A stretch of DNA of 64,000 nucleotides. It comes from an uncultured Acidimicrobiaceae bacterium (GTDB lineage Bacteria; Actinomycetota; Acidimicrobiia; Acidimicrobiales; Bog-793). The position numbers and the translations under genes are program-made. The stretch spans positions 17,294 to 81,293 of the forward strand of contig CAVRXQ010000007.1 in NCBI GenBank assembly GCA_963725215.1, in the 5' to 3' direction. The notes beneath the pieces were generated by a model that was not told the origin of the DNA, did no database searches, and worked only from the letters and a program-made list of their open reading frames with translations. This document shows, in pieces, positions 8,776 to 17,424 of this stretch (position 1 is its first letter; each line of letters begins with the position of its first letter).

Positions 8776-9657
8776 ATGGGCTACTCCGCGTACTCGCCGG
8801 TCACGGTCGGAGAAGACGGCTCGACCCACGTTGAGCTCTCCGACGACCACCCAGGGGTCTCTGACCCGCTGTACCGCGAACGCCGCGACGAGCTCGCCTC
8901 GATCGCCGCGAGTTGGCACGAAGGCCAACCGATCCCGAATCCCGACTACACCGACCAGGAACACGAGGTGTGGCGCATCGTCTCCGACGCGCTCGGAGAC
9001 CTGCACGAGCAATACGCCTCCGAGTCGTTCCAGCGGGGCAAGGCCGACCTCAAACTGACGACCGAGTACATCCCCGGCCTCGAGGAAGTGACCGCCGGAC
9101 TCGAACCGCTCGCCAACTTCCGTTACCGACCGATCGCCGGACTCGCCCCGGTGCGCGACTTCTACGGCTCGTTCTCAGATGGCGTGTTCTGGTCGACCCA
9201 GTACCTGCGCCACCCGTCCGTGCCGCTCTACACCCCCGAGCCTGACATCATCCACGAGGTCATCGGGCACGCCAATCAGATCGCCGATCCGGTGGTCGCG
9301 CGCATCTACCGACTCGTCGGCGACGCGGTGCAGCGCACGAAGAACGAGGACGCATTGAAGTTCTTGTCGCAGGTGTTCTGGTTCACGATGGAGTTCGGTG
9401 TCGTGAAAGAAAAAGGTGGGCTGCGCGCATACGGCGCCGGCATCTTGTCGTCCGTCGGCGAGACCGAGACTTTCCGATCGGCGACGGTTCGTCCTGTCGA
9501 CCTCGTCGAGATGGGCACTGTCGACTACGACATCACCCACTATCAGCCGCTGCTGTACGGCTTCTCGTCTCCGACCGAGCTCGAAGAAGTGCTGACCGAT
9601 TTCTTCTCGCGCTTCGACGACGCGTACCACGAGGAGCTGCTCGCGAAGGCGAGCTGA
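8776..9657 (+). CDS. phhA: Phenylalanine 4-hydroxylase (aromatic amino acid hydroxylase)
   Basis: Contains PDIIHEVIGHANQIADP, FWFTMEFGVV and RAYGAGILSSVGE, the 2-His-1-Glu iron-site region of biopterin-dependent hydroxylases. An AAAGGAG RBS lies upstream. Confidence 0.9.
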   Translation: MGYSAYSPVTVGEDGSTHVELSDDHPGVSDPLYRERRDELASIAASWHEGQPIPNPDYTDQEHEVWRIVSDALGDLHEQYASESFQRGKADLKLTTEYIPGLEEVTAGLEPLANFRYRPIAGLAPVRDFYGSFSDGVFWSTQYLRHPSVPLYTPEPDIIHEVIGHANQIADPVVARIYRLVGDAVQRTKNEDALKFLSQVFWFTMEFGVVKEKGGLRAYGAGILSSVGETETFRSATVRPVDLVEMGTVDYDITHYQPLLYGFSSPTELEEVLTDFFSRFDDAYHEELLAKAS

Positions 9658-9679
9658 GCGAACCTACCGGCCTTCGGCC

Positions 9680-9967
9680 GTGGAACACCAAGAAGTGACC
9701 CGCCGCCGCGTCCGCGTCGTCATCTCGGGCAGGGTGCAGAACGTGTTCTTCCGGGCCACCCTCGCCGAGGTCGCGCGCGATCTCGGTGTCGACGGATGGG
9801 TGAAGAACCGTCCCGACGGCTGCGTGGAGGCCGTACTCGAAGGCGAGCGGAAAAAGGTCGAAAAAGTCCTCGAGTGGGGCCGGAAAGGGCCGCCGCGCGC
9901 CCGAGTCGACGGGTTCGACGTCAGCGACGAAGAGCCATCAGGAGAAAGCGGCTTCTTCGTTCGTTAA
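9680..9967 (+). CDS. acyP: Acylphosphatase
   Basis: 95 aa with the acylphosphatase signatures VVISGRVQNVFFR and GWVKNRPDGCVEAVLEG. Confidence 0.85.
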   Translation: MEHQEVTRRRVRVVISGRVQNVFFRATLAEVARDLGVDGWVKNRPDGCVEAVLEGERKKVEKVLEWGRKGPPRARVDGFDVSDEEPSGESGFFVR

Positions 9968-10891
9968 CGACGCGCTCGGACAGACCTCGGCCGGGGCGAC
10001 CGACGGGGTCTCGGCCGCAACGCGATCTGCATCGATCGCGGACGGACGTTTCACCCAAGTCGCGGCCACCGAGCCCAAGAGGATCAGCGGAAAGCCGAGC
10101 GCCAATCCGAGGCTGAACGGCTCGTTGAGGGCGAGCACTCCGAGCAGGATCGCGACGGCCGGATTGACGTACGTAACGACGACGGCGCGAGCCGGTCCGA
10201 TCTCTTTGATCAGGGCGAAGAACAGCATGAACGCGATCACCGTGCAGAGGACGGCGAGGGCGACGATCGACCACGCCGTTTCTGCGTGGAGGCGCGCGGG
10301 AAGGTGGGTCACCCCGAAGGGGAGGTACGCGAGCGCGGTGAGAAGGACGGACGCCGCCACCACCTCGAACGCGGGGACATCCGCCAGTTTGCGACTGACT
10401 ATCACCGGGGCCGTGGCGTAGCCGATCGCGCAGCCGAGTAGCTCGAAGATCGATACCAGGTTCGTCCCCGAGACGTCGACGCCGACCAGCACGACGACAC
10501 CGACGACGCCGACGAACAGACCTGCGATGCGTCTGCGCCCGAGCTTTTCCGTGCCGAGCGAAACCGCGATGACCGCGGCAATCAAAGGGACGATCGCGAT
10601 CACGAGCCCCGTGAACGAGCTCGCCACCTTCTCCTCCGCGTTGGCGAGCAACAGCCACGGGATCGCCATTTCGCCCGCCGTGTAACCGAGCAACGGAAGC
10701 AGATGTCCCCGGAGGCTGGTCCACCTTCGCCGACGGATCGCGATCGGAACGAGGATCGCCGATGCGAGCGCGGTGCGGAGGAAGATCAGCGTCCCAGGTT
10801 CGACGTCGCGCACCACGATCCGGATGAAAAAGTACGGGAGCCCCCAGATCACCCCAACGGCGATGAACAAGATCCACGCGCGTTTCGACAT
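9938..10891 (-). CDS. EamA/DMT family transporter
   Basis: About 10 hydrophobic segments in two EamA-like halves. Start taken at ATG 10891 (MSKRAWILFIAVGVIWGLPYFFI). Confidence 0.85.
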   Translation of the reverse strand: MSKRAWILFIAVGVIWGLPYFFIRIVVRDVEPGTLIFLRTALASAILVPIAIRRRRWTSLRGHLLPLLGYTAGEMAIPWLLLANAEEKVASSFTGLVIAIVPLIAAVIAVSLGTEKLGRRRIAGLFVGVVGVVVLVGVDVSGTNLVSIFELLGCAIGYATAPVIVSRKLADVPAFEVVAASVLLTALAYLPFGVTHLPARLHAETAWSIVALAVLCTVIAFMLFFALIKEIGPARAVVVTYVNPAVAILLGVLALNEPFSLGLALGFPLILLGSVAATWVKRPSAIDADRVAAETPSVAPAEVCPSASLTNEEAAFS

Positions 10892-11032
10892 CTGTGAAGA
10901 CCCGCCGTCTCCTGCCTCGGAAGCCCGCACGGCCTGCTCGTGATCGCCCGGGCGCTCCCCTCAACGGTACGGGGATTTCGCCAGACATCGAACCGAGCGT
11001 CTTGACCCGGTCGCCGACCACAGAATGGAGAC

Positions 11033-11689
11033 GTGTTCAGCTCACCCACGCTCACCGGTCGATATGTCGCCTTGGAGCCGCTCTCGACCGACCACATCCA
11101 CGGCCTCGTCGAGGCGGCGGCGGAAGACCGCGCGAGCTTCGCCTACAGCTCGGTTCCAGAAGGAGACGCGGAGTTCGGCGAGTACGTGGAGCACAACGTC
11201 GAGCTCGCACGTAGTGGCAGGCAGATCGCCTTCGCCGTCCGACGGCTGGCGGACGGTCGGATCGTCGGCTCCACGCGCTTCATGGACCTGGAGGTCTTCG
11301 AGTGGCCGCCGCCATGGCCGCCGGGGGTGACGCACGGACCCGCGCCCTCCGACGATCGGCCGCCCACAGTCGCCGAGATCGGGGGCACTTGGTATTCGGC
11401 GGCCGCCCAGCGGACCGTCGTGAACACAGAATGCAAGCTTTTGATGCTGAGCCACGCCTTCGAAGTCTGGGGCGTTTTGAGGGTCACCTTGAAGACGGAT
11501 TCGCGAAATGAGCGCTCGCGACGGGCGATCGAACGGATCGGCGCTGTGTTCGAGGGGATTCGCCGGGTGCACGCCCCGGCGGTCGGTGGCGGAACTCGCG
11601 ACACCGCCTACTACTCGATCGTCAAGGACGAATGGCCCCCGATAAAGGCTCGACTCGTCGACTGGCGAGAACAGATCGCGAGCCGCTGA
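11033..11689 (+). CDS. GNAT family N-acetyltransferase (RimJ/RimL-like)
   Basis: 218 aa with LTGRYVALEPL, NTECKLLMLSHAFEVWGVLRVTLKTDSRNERSRRAIERIGAVFEG and the other features typical of the Acetyltransf_3 type. Confidence 0.85.
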   Translation: MFSSPTLTGRYVALEPLSTDHIHGLVEAAAEDRASFAYSSVPEGDAEFGEYVEHNVELARSGRQIAFAVRRLADGRIVGSTRFMDLEVFEWPPPWPPGVTHGPAPSDDRPPTVAEIGGTWYSAAAQRTVVNTECKLLMLSHAFEVWGVLRVTLKTDSRNERSRRAIERIGAVFEGIRRVHAPAVGGGTRDTAYYSIVKDEWPPIKARLVDWREQIASR

Positions 11690-11702
11690 GCGGGCGCGAC
11701 GA

Positions 11703-12794
11703 TCAGGCTGCCCGCTCGATTTTCAACAACAGCGACTCCAAGAGCAGCCGCTCATTCACGTTGCGCCGCAGGCGGGAAGATGCCGCCTCGATCTCGCGAT
11801 TGATTTCGACGAGCGAAGCGATGCGCGACGGGGCGGCTCGCTCTGAACCGAGACGGGCGCGAAACGTTGCCAGCAAGAGCGCGAGACCGGCGCGCAACTC
11901 ATCGGTGCGCACCCGTCGCAGCTCACGGCGGTGACGATCTTCTATCGCCTTGCGGTTCGGCGTCCTTTTCAGGCCAGCGTCCTTCGCGCGCTTGTCCGCC
12001 TCCTCGACCTCGACCTCCTGCTGGGCGCGCAGCACCTCCACCAGTCCTTCCCCGGCCTCGACGAGTTCGTCGGCGAGGCAAGCGATCGAAGCGCCCGTCC
12101 CGTCGAGCCGGTCGGGGATCGATCGCCATCTCGCCTCGCGCTCAACAAAACCAGGGTCCGCAGCGAGCAGCCGCGCCCGGTCGAGGCTCCCCCTCGCGCC
12201 GGTCGCCGCCGCCAGCGCGACCTCGTGCCCGACTCCTTGCGACATGAGCGCCTGCGCGATCGCGTCGATGTCAATGGGGATGAACTCGACCTCGACGCAG
12301 CGGCTGGCGATCGTCTCGAGGGGACGAGTACGAAGGTCGGCCAATACGACGATCACCGTCGTCTCGGGGGGCTCTTCGATCGTCTTCAAAAGGGCGGTTC
12401 CCGCCTCGTCGACGAGATGGAATTCCGTGAGGACGAGCACCTGACGATCGGCGACCTTCGGCGTCAACTGGGCGAGCTGAACGATCTCGCGCGCCTCTTC
12501 AACCGAGATCGACGCGCCTTGTCTCTCGACGACGACGAAGTCGGGATGGGATTCCTCGAGCACGGACGCGCATACCTCGCACTCGCCGCACCCTCCATTC
12601 GGACAGATGAGCGCGGCCGCAAAGGCTCGGGCCGCTTCGCGCTTTCCGGACCCGGACGGACCGAGGAACAAAAAGGCGTGAACTGGTGAGTCGACGAAAC
12701 TCGCCAGCGAGACTTGCGCCCGCGGTTGTCCGACGATGCGGCGAAGTACGGGGTGGGCGGCACGGGCGTCGGTGGTTGACGTGGCCGCACTCAC
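11703..12794 (-). CDS. holB: DNA polymerase III delta' subunit
   Basis: Contains FLFLGPSGSGKREAARAFAAALIC, a Cys module CPNGGCGECEVC, and LLKTIEEPP. Confidence 0.9.
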   Translation of the reverse strand: MSAATSTTDARAAHPVLRRIVGQPRAQVSLASFVDSPVHAFLFLGPSGSGKREAARAFAAALICPNGGCGECEVCASVLEESHPDFVVVERQGASISVEEAREIVQLAQLTPKVADRQVLVLTEFHLVDEAGTALLKTIEEPPETTVIVVLADLRTRPLETIASRCVEVEFIPIDIDAIAQALMSQGVGHEVALAAATGARGSLDRARLLAADPGFVEREARWRSIPDRLDGTGASIACLADELVEAGEGLVEVLRAQQEVEVEEADKRAKDAGLKRTPNRKAIEDRHRRELRRVRTDELRAGLALLLATFRARLGSERAAPSRIASLVEINREIEAASSRLRRNVNERLLLESLLLKIERAA

Positions 12795-13423
12795 GACTCT
12801 ACGGCCCAGCGGGTTTCAAAAAGGCGTTCTTCGAGCGCCGCGCGAACGAGGTCGCGGACCTCGTCAACGGACGCCCGCGCGTCGACGACGACCCACCTGT
12901 CCGGGTCCGCACGAGCAAGCTCGAGATAGCCGTCACGGACGCGGGCGAAGAACTCGACGTCTTCGCCTTCGATGCGGTCTCGCTCACGAGACAGACGTCC
13001 TACCCCGATCCGAGGATCGAGGTCGAGGAGCACGACGACGTCGGGTTCGAGTCCGGATCGGGCGAGTTCGTCGGCCGAACGGATCGCCCGGAGATCGAGA
13101 CCTCGCCCATATCCCTGATAAGCGAGCGTGGATGCCGAGAAGCGATCGCAGACGACGTCGCGACCGCCTTCGAGCGCCGGACGGATCAGCCCTGTCACGT
13201 GCTCGGCCCGAGCGGCGAGCATCAGCATCAGCTCGGCGCGCGCGTCGACGTGTGCGACGCTTCGATCGAGCAGTATCTCGCGCACCCGCTCGCCGATCGC
13301 CGTTCCGCCGGGCTCTCTGGTCAGCAATGCCCCGATCTCATTGGCGAGCAACTTCGCCTGCGTCGTCTTACCGCTTCCCTCTCCGCCCTCAAAGACGATG
13401 AACCGTCCGGCACGGACCATCAC
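12791..13423 (-). CDS. tmk: Thymidylate kinase
   Basis: P-loop FIVFEGGEGSGKTT, plus LTREPGGT. Overlaps holB by 4 nt. Confidence 0.92.
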   Translation of the reverse strand: MMVRAGRFIVFEGGEGSGKTTQAKLLANEIGALLTREPGGTAIGERVREILLDRSVAHVDARAELMLMLAARAEHVTGLIRPALEGGRDVVCDRFSASTLAYQGYGRGLDLRAIRSADELARSGLEPDVVVLLDLDPRIGVGRLSRERDRIEGEDVEFFARVRDGYLELARADPDRWVVVDARASVDEVRDLVRAALEERLFETRWAVES

Positions 13424-13427
13424 CGAA

Positions 13428-16232
13428 TCAATTCATCTCGTGGGATCGACCGAGGGTCACGACGAGGGATCGAGGTCGTCGGCGTCCTCCGCTGTTCGCG
13501 GACGAGTCGGCGGCTTCTTCTTCGCCGCAGCTCGCTTCTTCGTCGCCTTCTTCTTCGCCGCAGCTCGCTTTTTCGTCGCCTTCTTCGCTGCGCGCGGGTC
13601 GGCGCTTCGCAGGCCCTTTTGCCCGGCGCTCGGCGAGCAGCTCGGCGGCGCGCTCGAGCGTGATCGAGTCCATGTCGTCGCCGCGTCCCAACGAGGCGTT
13701 CACGCTGCCGTCGGTGACGTAGGGCCCGAACCGTCCTTCGCGAAGCACGATCTTCGCGTTCGTCTCGGGATCGACGCCGATCTCGCGCGCGGGGGTCGCC
13801 GCCTGGCGTCCGAAGCGCCGCTGCTTCGGCTGTGCGAAGAGCGCCACCGCCTCGTCGAGGTCGACCTCCAGGATCTGTTCTTCGCGCTCGAGACTTCGTG
13901 TGTCCGAGCCCCGCTGCAGATACGGGCCGTAACGGCCGTTGCGCGCAACGATCTCCTCGCCGGTGCTCGGATCGACGCCCACCGTCCTCGGCAGACGAAG
14001 GAGCTCGAGGGCTCGGTCCAGCGTGATCGTCTCCGGAGTCATCGACTTGAACAGGGACGCTCGAGGCGGCTTTGTCTTCGGGTTATCTTGCTCTCCGAGT
14101 TGCACATACGGGCCGAACCTTCCGGTGCGCACCGAGACGACGAGGCCGGATTCGGGGTCGGTGCCGAGCTCTCGGTCAGACGACGGCGCGGCGAGCAGTT
14201 CGAGGGCCCGACCGATCGTTAGTTCGTCGGGGGCGATGTCATTCGGAATCGACGCACGCTCTTCGCCGCGCTGCAAATACGGGCCGTAACGCCCGACGCG
14301 CACGACGACGATCTCACCGTTCTCGTCGGCGCCGATCGGGATCGAATTCACCTCGCGCGCGTCGATTTCGCCGAGGTGGTCGAGCACCGCGGCTTTCAGC
14401 CCGCCCCCTTCCTCCACCGTCGCGACGACGTCGCCTGCTCCGTTTCCACCACTCCCGTTCGTGCCGAAGTAGAAGCGCTCGAGCCAGGGAAGCGCCTCTT
14501 CGTCGCCTCGCGCGATCTCGTCGAGATCGTCTTCCATCGAGGCGGTGAAGTTGTAGTCGACAAGAGAAGGGAAGTAGCGCTCCAAAAGACCGACGACGGC
14601 GAACGCGAGGAACGACGGGACGAGCGCGCTCCCTTTCTTCCACACGTATCCGCGATCGACGACCGTTTGCAAGATGTTTGCGTAGGTCGAGGGACGGCCC
14701 ACGCCGAGCTCTTCGAGCCGCTTCACCAACGACGCCTCGGTGAAGCGCGCGGGAGGCCGCGTCGAATGCTCCTCGGGGTCGAATCCCTCGATCGCGAGCG
14801 CATCGCCCTCGCTGACTTGTGGGAGGCGCCCCTCTTCGGCGCGCTCGTCCTCCTCGTCGTCGCCTTCGCGATAGACGACCAAGAACCCCGGCGTCGTGAT
14901 CACCGTGCCCGCCGCCCCGAACTCGGTTTCCGTGCCGACTGGGGCGACGGGCGTGTCCTTCGTGAGGGCGCCGGATATGCGGAGGCGCGCCGTCACCCCG
15001 GTGGCGTCGATCATCTGTGAGGCGACCGTGCGCTGCCAGATCAGCTCGTAGAGGCGCTGACCGTCGCCGCTGAGCGCCGCCACTTCAGACGGCGTGCGGA
15101 AGGTGTCACCCGCCGGACGGATCGCCTCGTGCGCCTCCTGAGCGTTTTTTACCCGGCGGTCGTAGGTGCGGGGGCGATCGGGGATCGAGTGCGTGCCGTA
15201 GAGCCGACGGGCTTGCGCGCGCGCCGCGGCGAGGGCGGTGTCCGACAGCGTCGTCGAGTCGGTACGCATGTAGGTGATGTAGCCCTGCTCGTACAAGCGC
15301 TGCGCGACCTGCATCGTGCGCGAGGCGGAGAACCGGAGCTTTCGCGCCGCTTCCTGCTGGAGCGTCGACGTGATGAAAGGTGCAGCGGGCGAACGACGGT
15401 ACGGCTTGGTCTCGACCGACGTGACGCGAAAGCTTGATCCATCGAGCGCAGACGCCAACGCGTGCGCACCCCCAGAGTCCAACAGCACCGGGCCGGACTC
15501 CGAGGCGAGCTCTCCGAGGGAGGTGAAGTCCGAGCCGGTCGCGACCGACCGACGTCCGATCGTGTCGAGTTCGGCCACGAACGACTCGCTTGCGTCGGTG
15601 CGGAAATGCCCCGTCAGGCTCCACCACGTCGCGGAGCGGAAACGCATGCGCTCGCGCTCGCGCTCGACGACGATGCGCGTCGCCACACTTTGGACGCGCC
15701 CCGCGGAGAGCCCTTGCATCACCTTTTTCCACAACACGGGCGAAAGCTCGTAGCCGTAGAGGCGGTCGAGGATCCGTCGGGCCTCCTGCGCGTCGACGAG
15801 GCGCCGGTCGAGATCCCGGGGGTGCGCGATCGCCTCGTCGATCGCCGGCTTCGTGATCTCGTGGAAGACCATCCGCTTCACCGGGATCTGCGGCGACAAC
15901 ACCTCGAGTAGGTGCCAGGCGATCGATTCACCCTCGCGGTCCTCGTCGGTCGCGAGATACAACTCGCTCGCGTTCTTCAAAAGAGAGCGCAGCTTCGAGA
16001 CCTGGGTCTGCTTTTCCGGGGCGACCACGTAGAGCGGCTTGAAGCCGTTATCGACGTCGACACCGAGGCGTGACCACCGCTCGGCCTTGTACGCCGCGGG
16101 AACCTCCGCGGCTGAGCGGGGGAGATCGCGGATGTGTCCGATCGACGATTCGACGACGTAGTCGTCACCCAAAAAACGCGCGATCGTCTTCGCCTTGGCG
16201 GGCGACTCCACGATGACTAGGGGTTTTGGCAT
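13428..16232 (-). CDS. topA: DNA topoisomerase I (C-terminal tail frame questionable; see findings)
   Basis: 934 aa. Has a Toprim N-terminus (LVIVESPAKAKTI, ATDEDREGE), YITYMRTDS with the catalytic Tyr, and repeated C-terminal GRFGPY/GRYGPY modules. Confidence 0.95.
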   Translation of the reverse strand: MPKPLVIVESPAKAKTIARFLGDDYVVESSIGHIRDLPRSAAEVPAAYKAERWSRLGVDVDNGFKPLYVVAPEKQTQVSKLRSLLKNASELYLATDEDREGESIAWHLLEVLSPQIPVKRMVFHEITKPAIDEAIAHPRDLDRRLVDAQEARRILDRLYGYELSPVLWKKVMQGLSAGRVQSVATRIVVERERERMRFRSATWWSLTGHFRTDASESFVAELDTIGRRSVATGSDFTSLGELASESGPVLLDSGGAHALASALDGSSFRVTSVETKPYRRSPAAPFITSTLQQEAARKLRFSASRTMQVAQRLYEQGYITYMRTDSTTLSDTALAAARAQARRLYGTHSIPDRPRTYDRRVKNAQEAHEAIRPAGDTFRTPSEVAALSGDGQRLYELIWQRTVASQMIDATGVTARLRISGALTKDTPVAPVGTETEFGAAGTVITTPGFLVVYREGDDEEDERAEEGRLPQVSEGDALAIEGFDPEEHSTRPPARFTEASLVKRLEELGVGRPSTYANILQTVVDRGYVWKKGSALVPSFLAFAVVGLLERYFPSLVDYNFTASMEDDLDEIARGDEEALPWLERFYFGTNGSGGNGAGDVVATVEEGGGLKAAVLDHLGEIDAREVNSIPIGADENGEIVVVRVGRYGPYLQRGEERASIPNDIAPDELTIGRALELLAAPSSDRELGTDPESGLVVSVRTGRFGPYVQLGEQDNPKTKPPRASLFKSMTPETITLDRALELLRLPRTVGVDPSTGEEIVARNGRYGPYLQRGSDTRSLEREEQILEVDLDEAVALFAQPKQRRFGRQAATPAREIGVDPETNAKIVLREGRFGPYVTDGSVNASLGRGDDMDSITLERAAELLAERRAKGPAKRRPARSEEGDEKASCGEEEGDEEASCGEEEAADSSANSGGRRRPRSLVVTLGRSHEMN
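13514..13588. repeat. 33-bp tandem repeat (2.3 copies) in the topA 3' end
   Basis: CTTCTTCTTCGCCGCAGCTCGCTTCTTCGTCGC occupies 13514-13546 and repeats at 13547-13579 with one mismatch. A partial third copy covers 13580-13588. Confidence 0.9.
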
Positions 16233-16429
16233 TCAGGCGTCCTCGGCGATCGGTGGGGGAGGTTAACGGCGACCTCGCTTGACCACCAACCATTCCGAGC
16301 AAAGAGCCTGGTGGGACGGCGAGGTGCCGTTGTCGACGGCCCCGCTGGCGTGTTCGATACAACGGTGCGCGAAGACATCTCGTCGGCATCGTCCGCGCCC
16401 AACTTGAACTGAGATGATCTAAAGAGGCG

Positions 16430-17314
16430 ATGAGTACAGCGCTCGCAGAAGACACCGAAGACCTGGCGCTCGACGCGCTCGGCGAGGCGGCGTTTTTCGA
16501 TCTCGACCGGACGGTGATCGCGAAGGACACGATGGCGGCCTTCGGCGGTCCGTTGCGGCGCGGCGGGCTCTTGCGACGGCGTTCGCTGATCGAGCTCGGT
16601 TTCGCTCAGGTCATCTACTTGATCCTCGGCTCTACCGAACAGCGACTGGAGCGGATCCGTCAGGTCGTCTTGAAGGTCACGCGGGGATGGGCGCGTGCCG
16701 ACGTGGACGCGATCGTCGCCGACGCGCTCGAAACCGTCGTCGACCCGATCATCTACGACGAAGCGATGGACCTCATCGACGAGCACAGGCAGGCGGGACG
16801 TCGCGTCGTCATCGTCTCCGCGTCCCCCTCGGAGCTCGTCCGTCCGCTCGGACGCCACCTCGGCGTGGAGGACGTGATCGCGAGCGAAGCCGCGATCGAC
16901 GAAAACGGCCGCTACACCGGCGAGCTCGCCTTTTTCTGCACCGGTCGGGAGAAGGCCGACGCGGTGCGGCTGTTCGCGACAAGAGACCAGATCGACCTCG
17001 AACGCTCCTATGCCTACAGCGACGCCTTCACCGACGTGCCGATGCTCGAACTGGTCGGACACCCAGTCGCGGTGAATCCCGATCGTGCGCTCGCCCGAGT
17101 GGCGACAGAACGCGGCTGGGAGACGCGGACCTTCATGCGTCCGGTGCGTCTGCGCGACCGGGTACGCGACCGGGTTCGTGCGGTGCCACCGAAACCGGCG
17201 ATCGCGCTCGGGTCAGGAACGATCCTCGTCGGTCTGGCGGCCGGCGCGATCGGATGGTGGATGCGCTCGAGGCGCGAGGGCGGTCCGGACGAACCGGTTC
17301 AGCGCTCGGAGTGA
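16430..17314 (+). CDS. HAD-IB family hydrolase (SerB-like) with a C-terminal membrane segment
   Basis: HAD motif I FFDLDRTVI, VVIVSASP, AYSDAFTDVPMLE, and a C-terminal hydrophobic helix ILVGLAAGAIGWW. Confidence 0.85.
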   Translation: MSTALAEDTEDLALDALGEAAFFDLDRTVIAKDTMAAFGGPLRRGGLLRRRSLIELGFAQVIYLILGSTEQRLERIRQVVLKVTRGWARADVDAIVADALETVVDPIIYDEAMDLIDEHRQAGRRVVIVSASPSELVRPLGRHLGVEDVIASEAAIDENGRYTGELAFFCTGREKADAVRLFATRDQIDLERSYAYSDAFTDVPMLELVGHPVAVNPDRALARVATERGWETRTFMRPVRLRDRVRDRVRAVPPKPAIALGSGTILVGLAAGAIGWWMRSRREGGPDEPVQRSE

Positions 17315-17318
17315 GGAG

Positions 17319-17393
17319 TTATCTAGGCATCAGCCGGCGCGCCGCGATTGCCACGCAGCCGACGAGCAGCACCAAAATGATCAGCTTTTTCAT
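17319..17393 (-). CDS. Putative 24-aa hydrophobic micropeptide (speculative)
   Basis: My translation gives MKKLIILVLLVGCVAIAARRLMPR*. A GAGGA sits 4 nt upstream of the ATG, 31 nt after the sigma-factor stop. Too short for the ORF track. Confidence 0.25.
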   Translation of the reverse strand: MKKLIILVLLVGCVAIAARRLMPR

Positions 17394-17424
17394 CGCGTCC
17401 TCATCGTAACGGTCGCCGAGAAAC

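Noticed and set aside
13514-13588. Tandem repeats that might be a CRISPR-like or minisatellite array.
   Set aside because: There are only 2.3 copies of a 33-bp unit, with no spacers, and they lie inside the topA coding region. This is a coding amino-acid repeat, not a CRISPR array.
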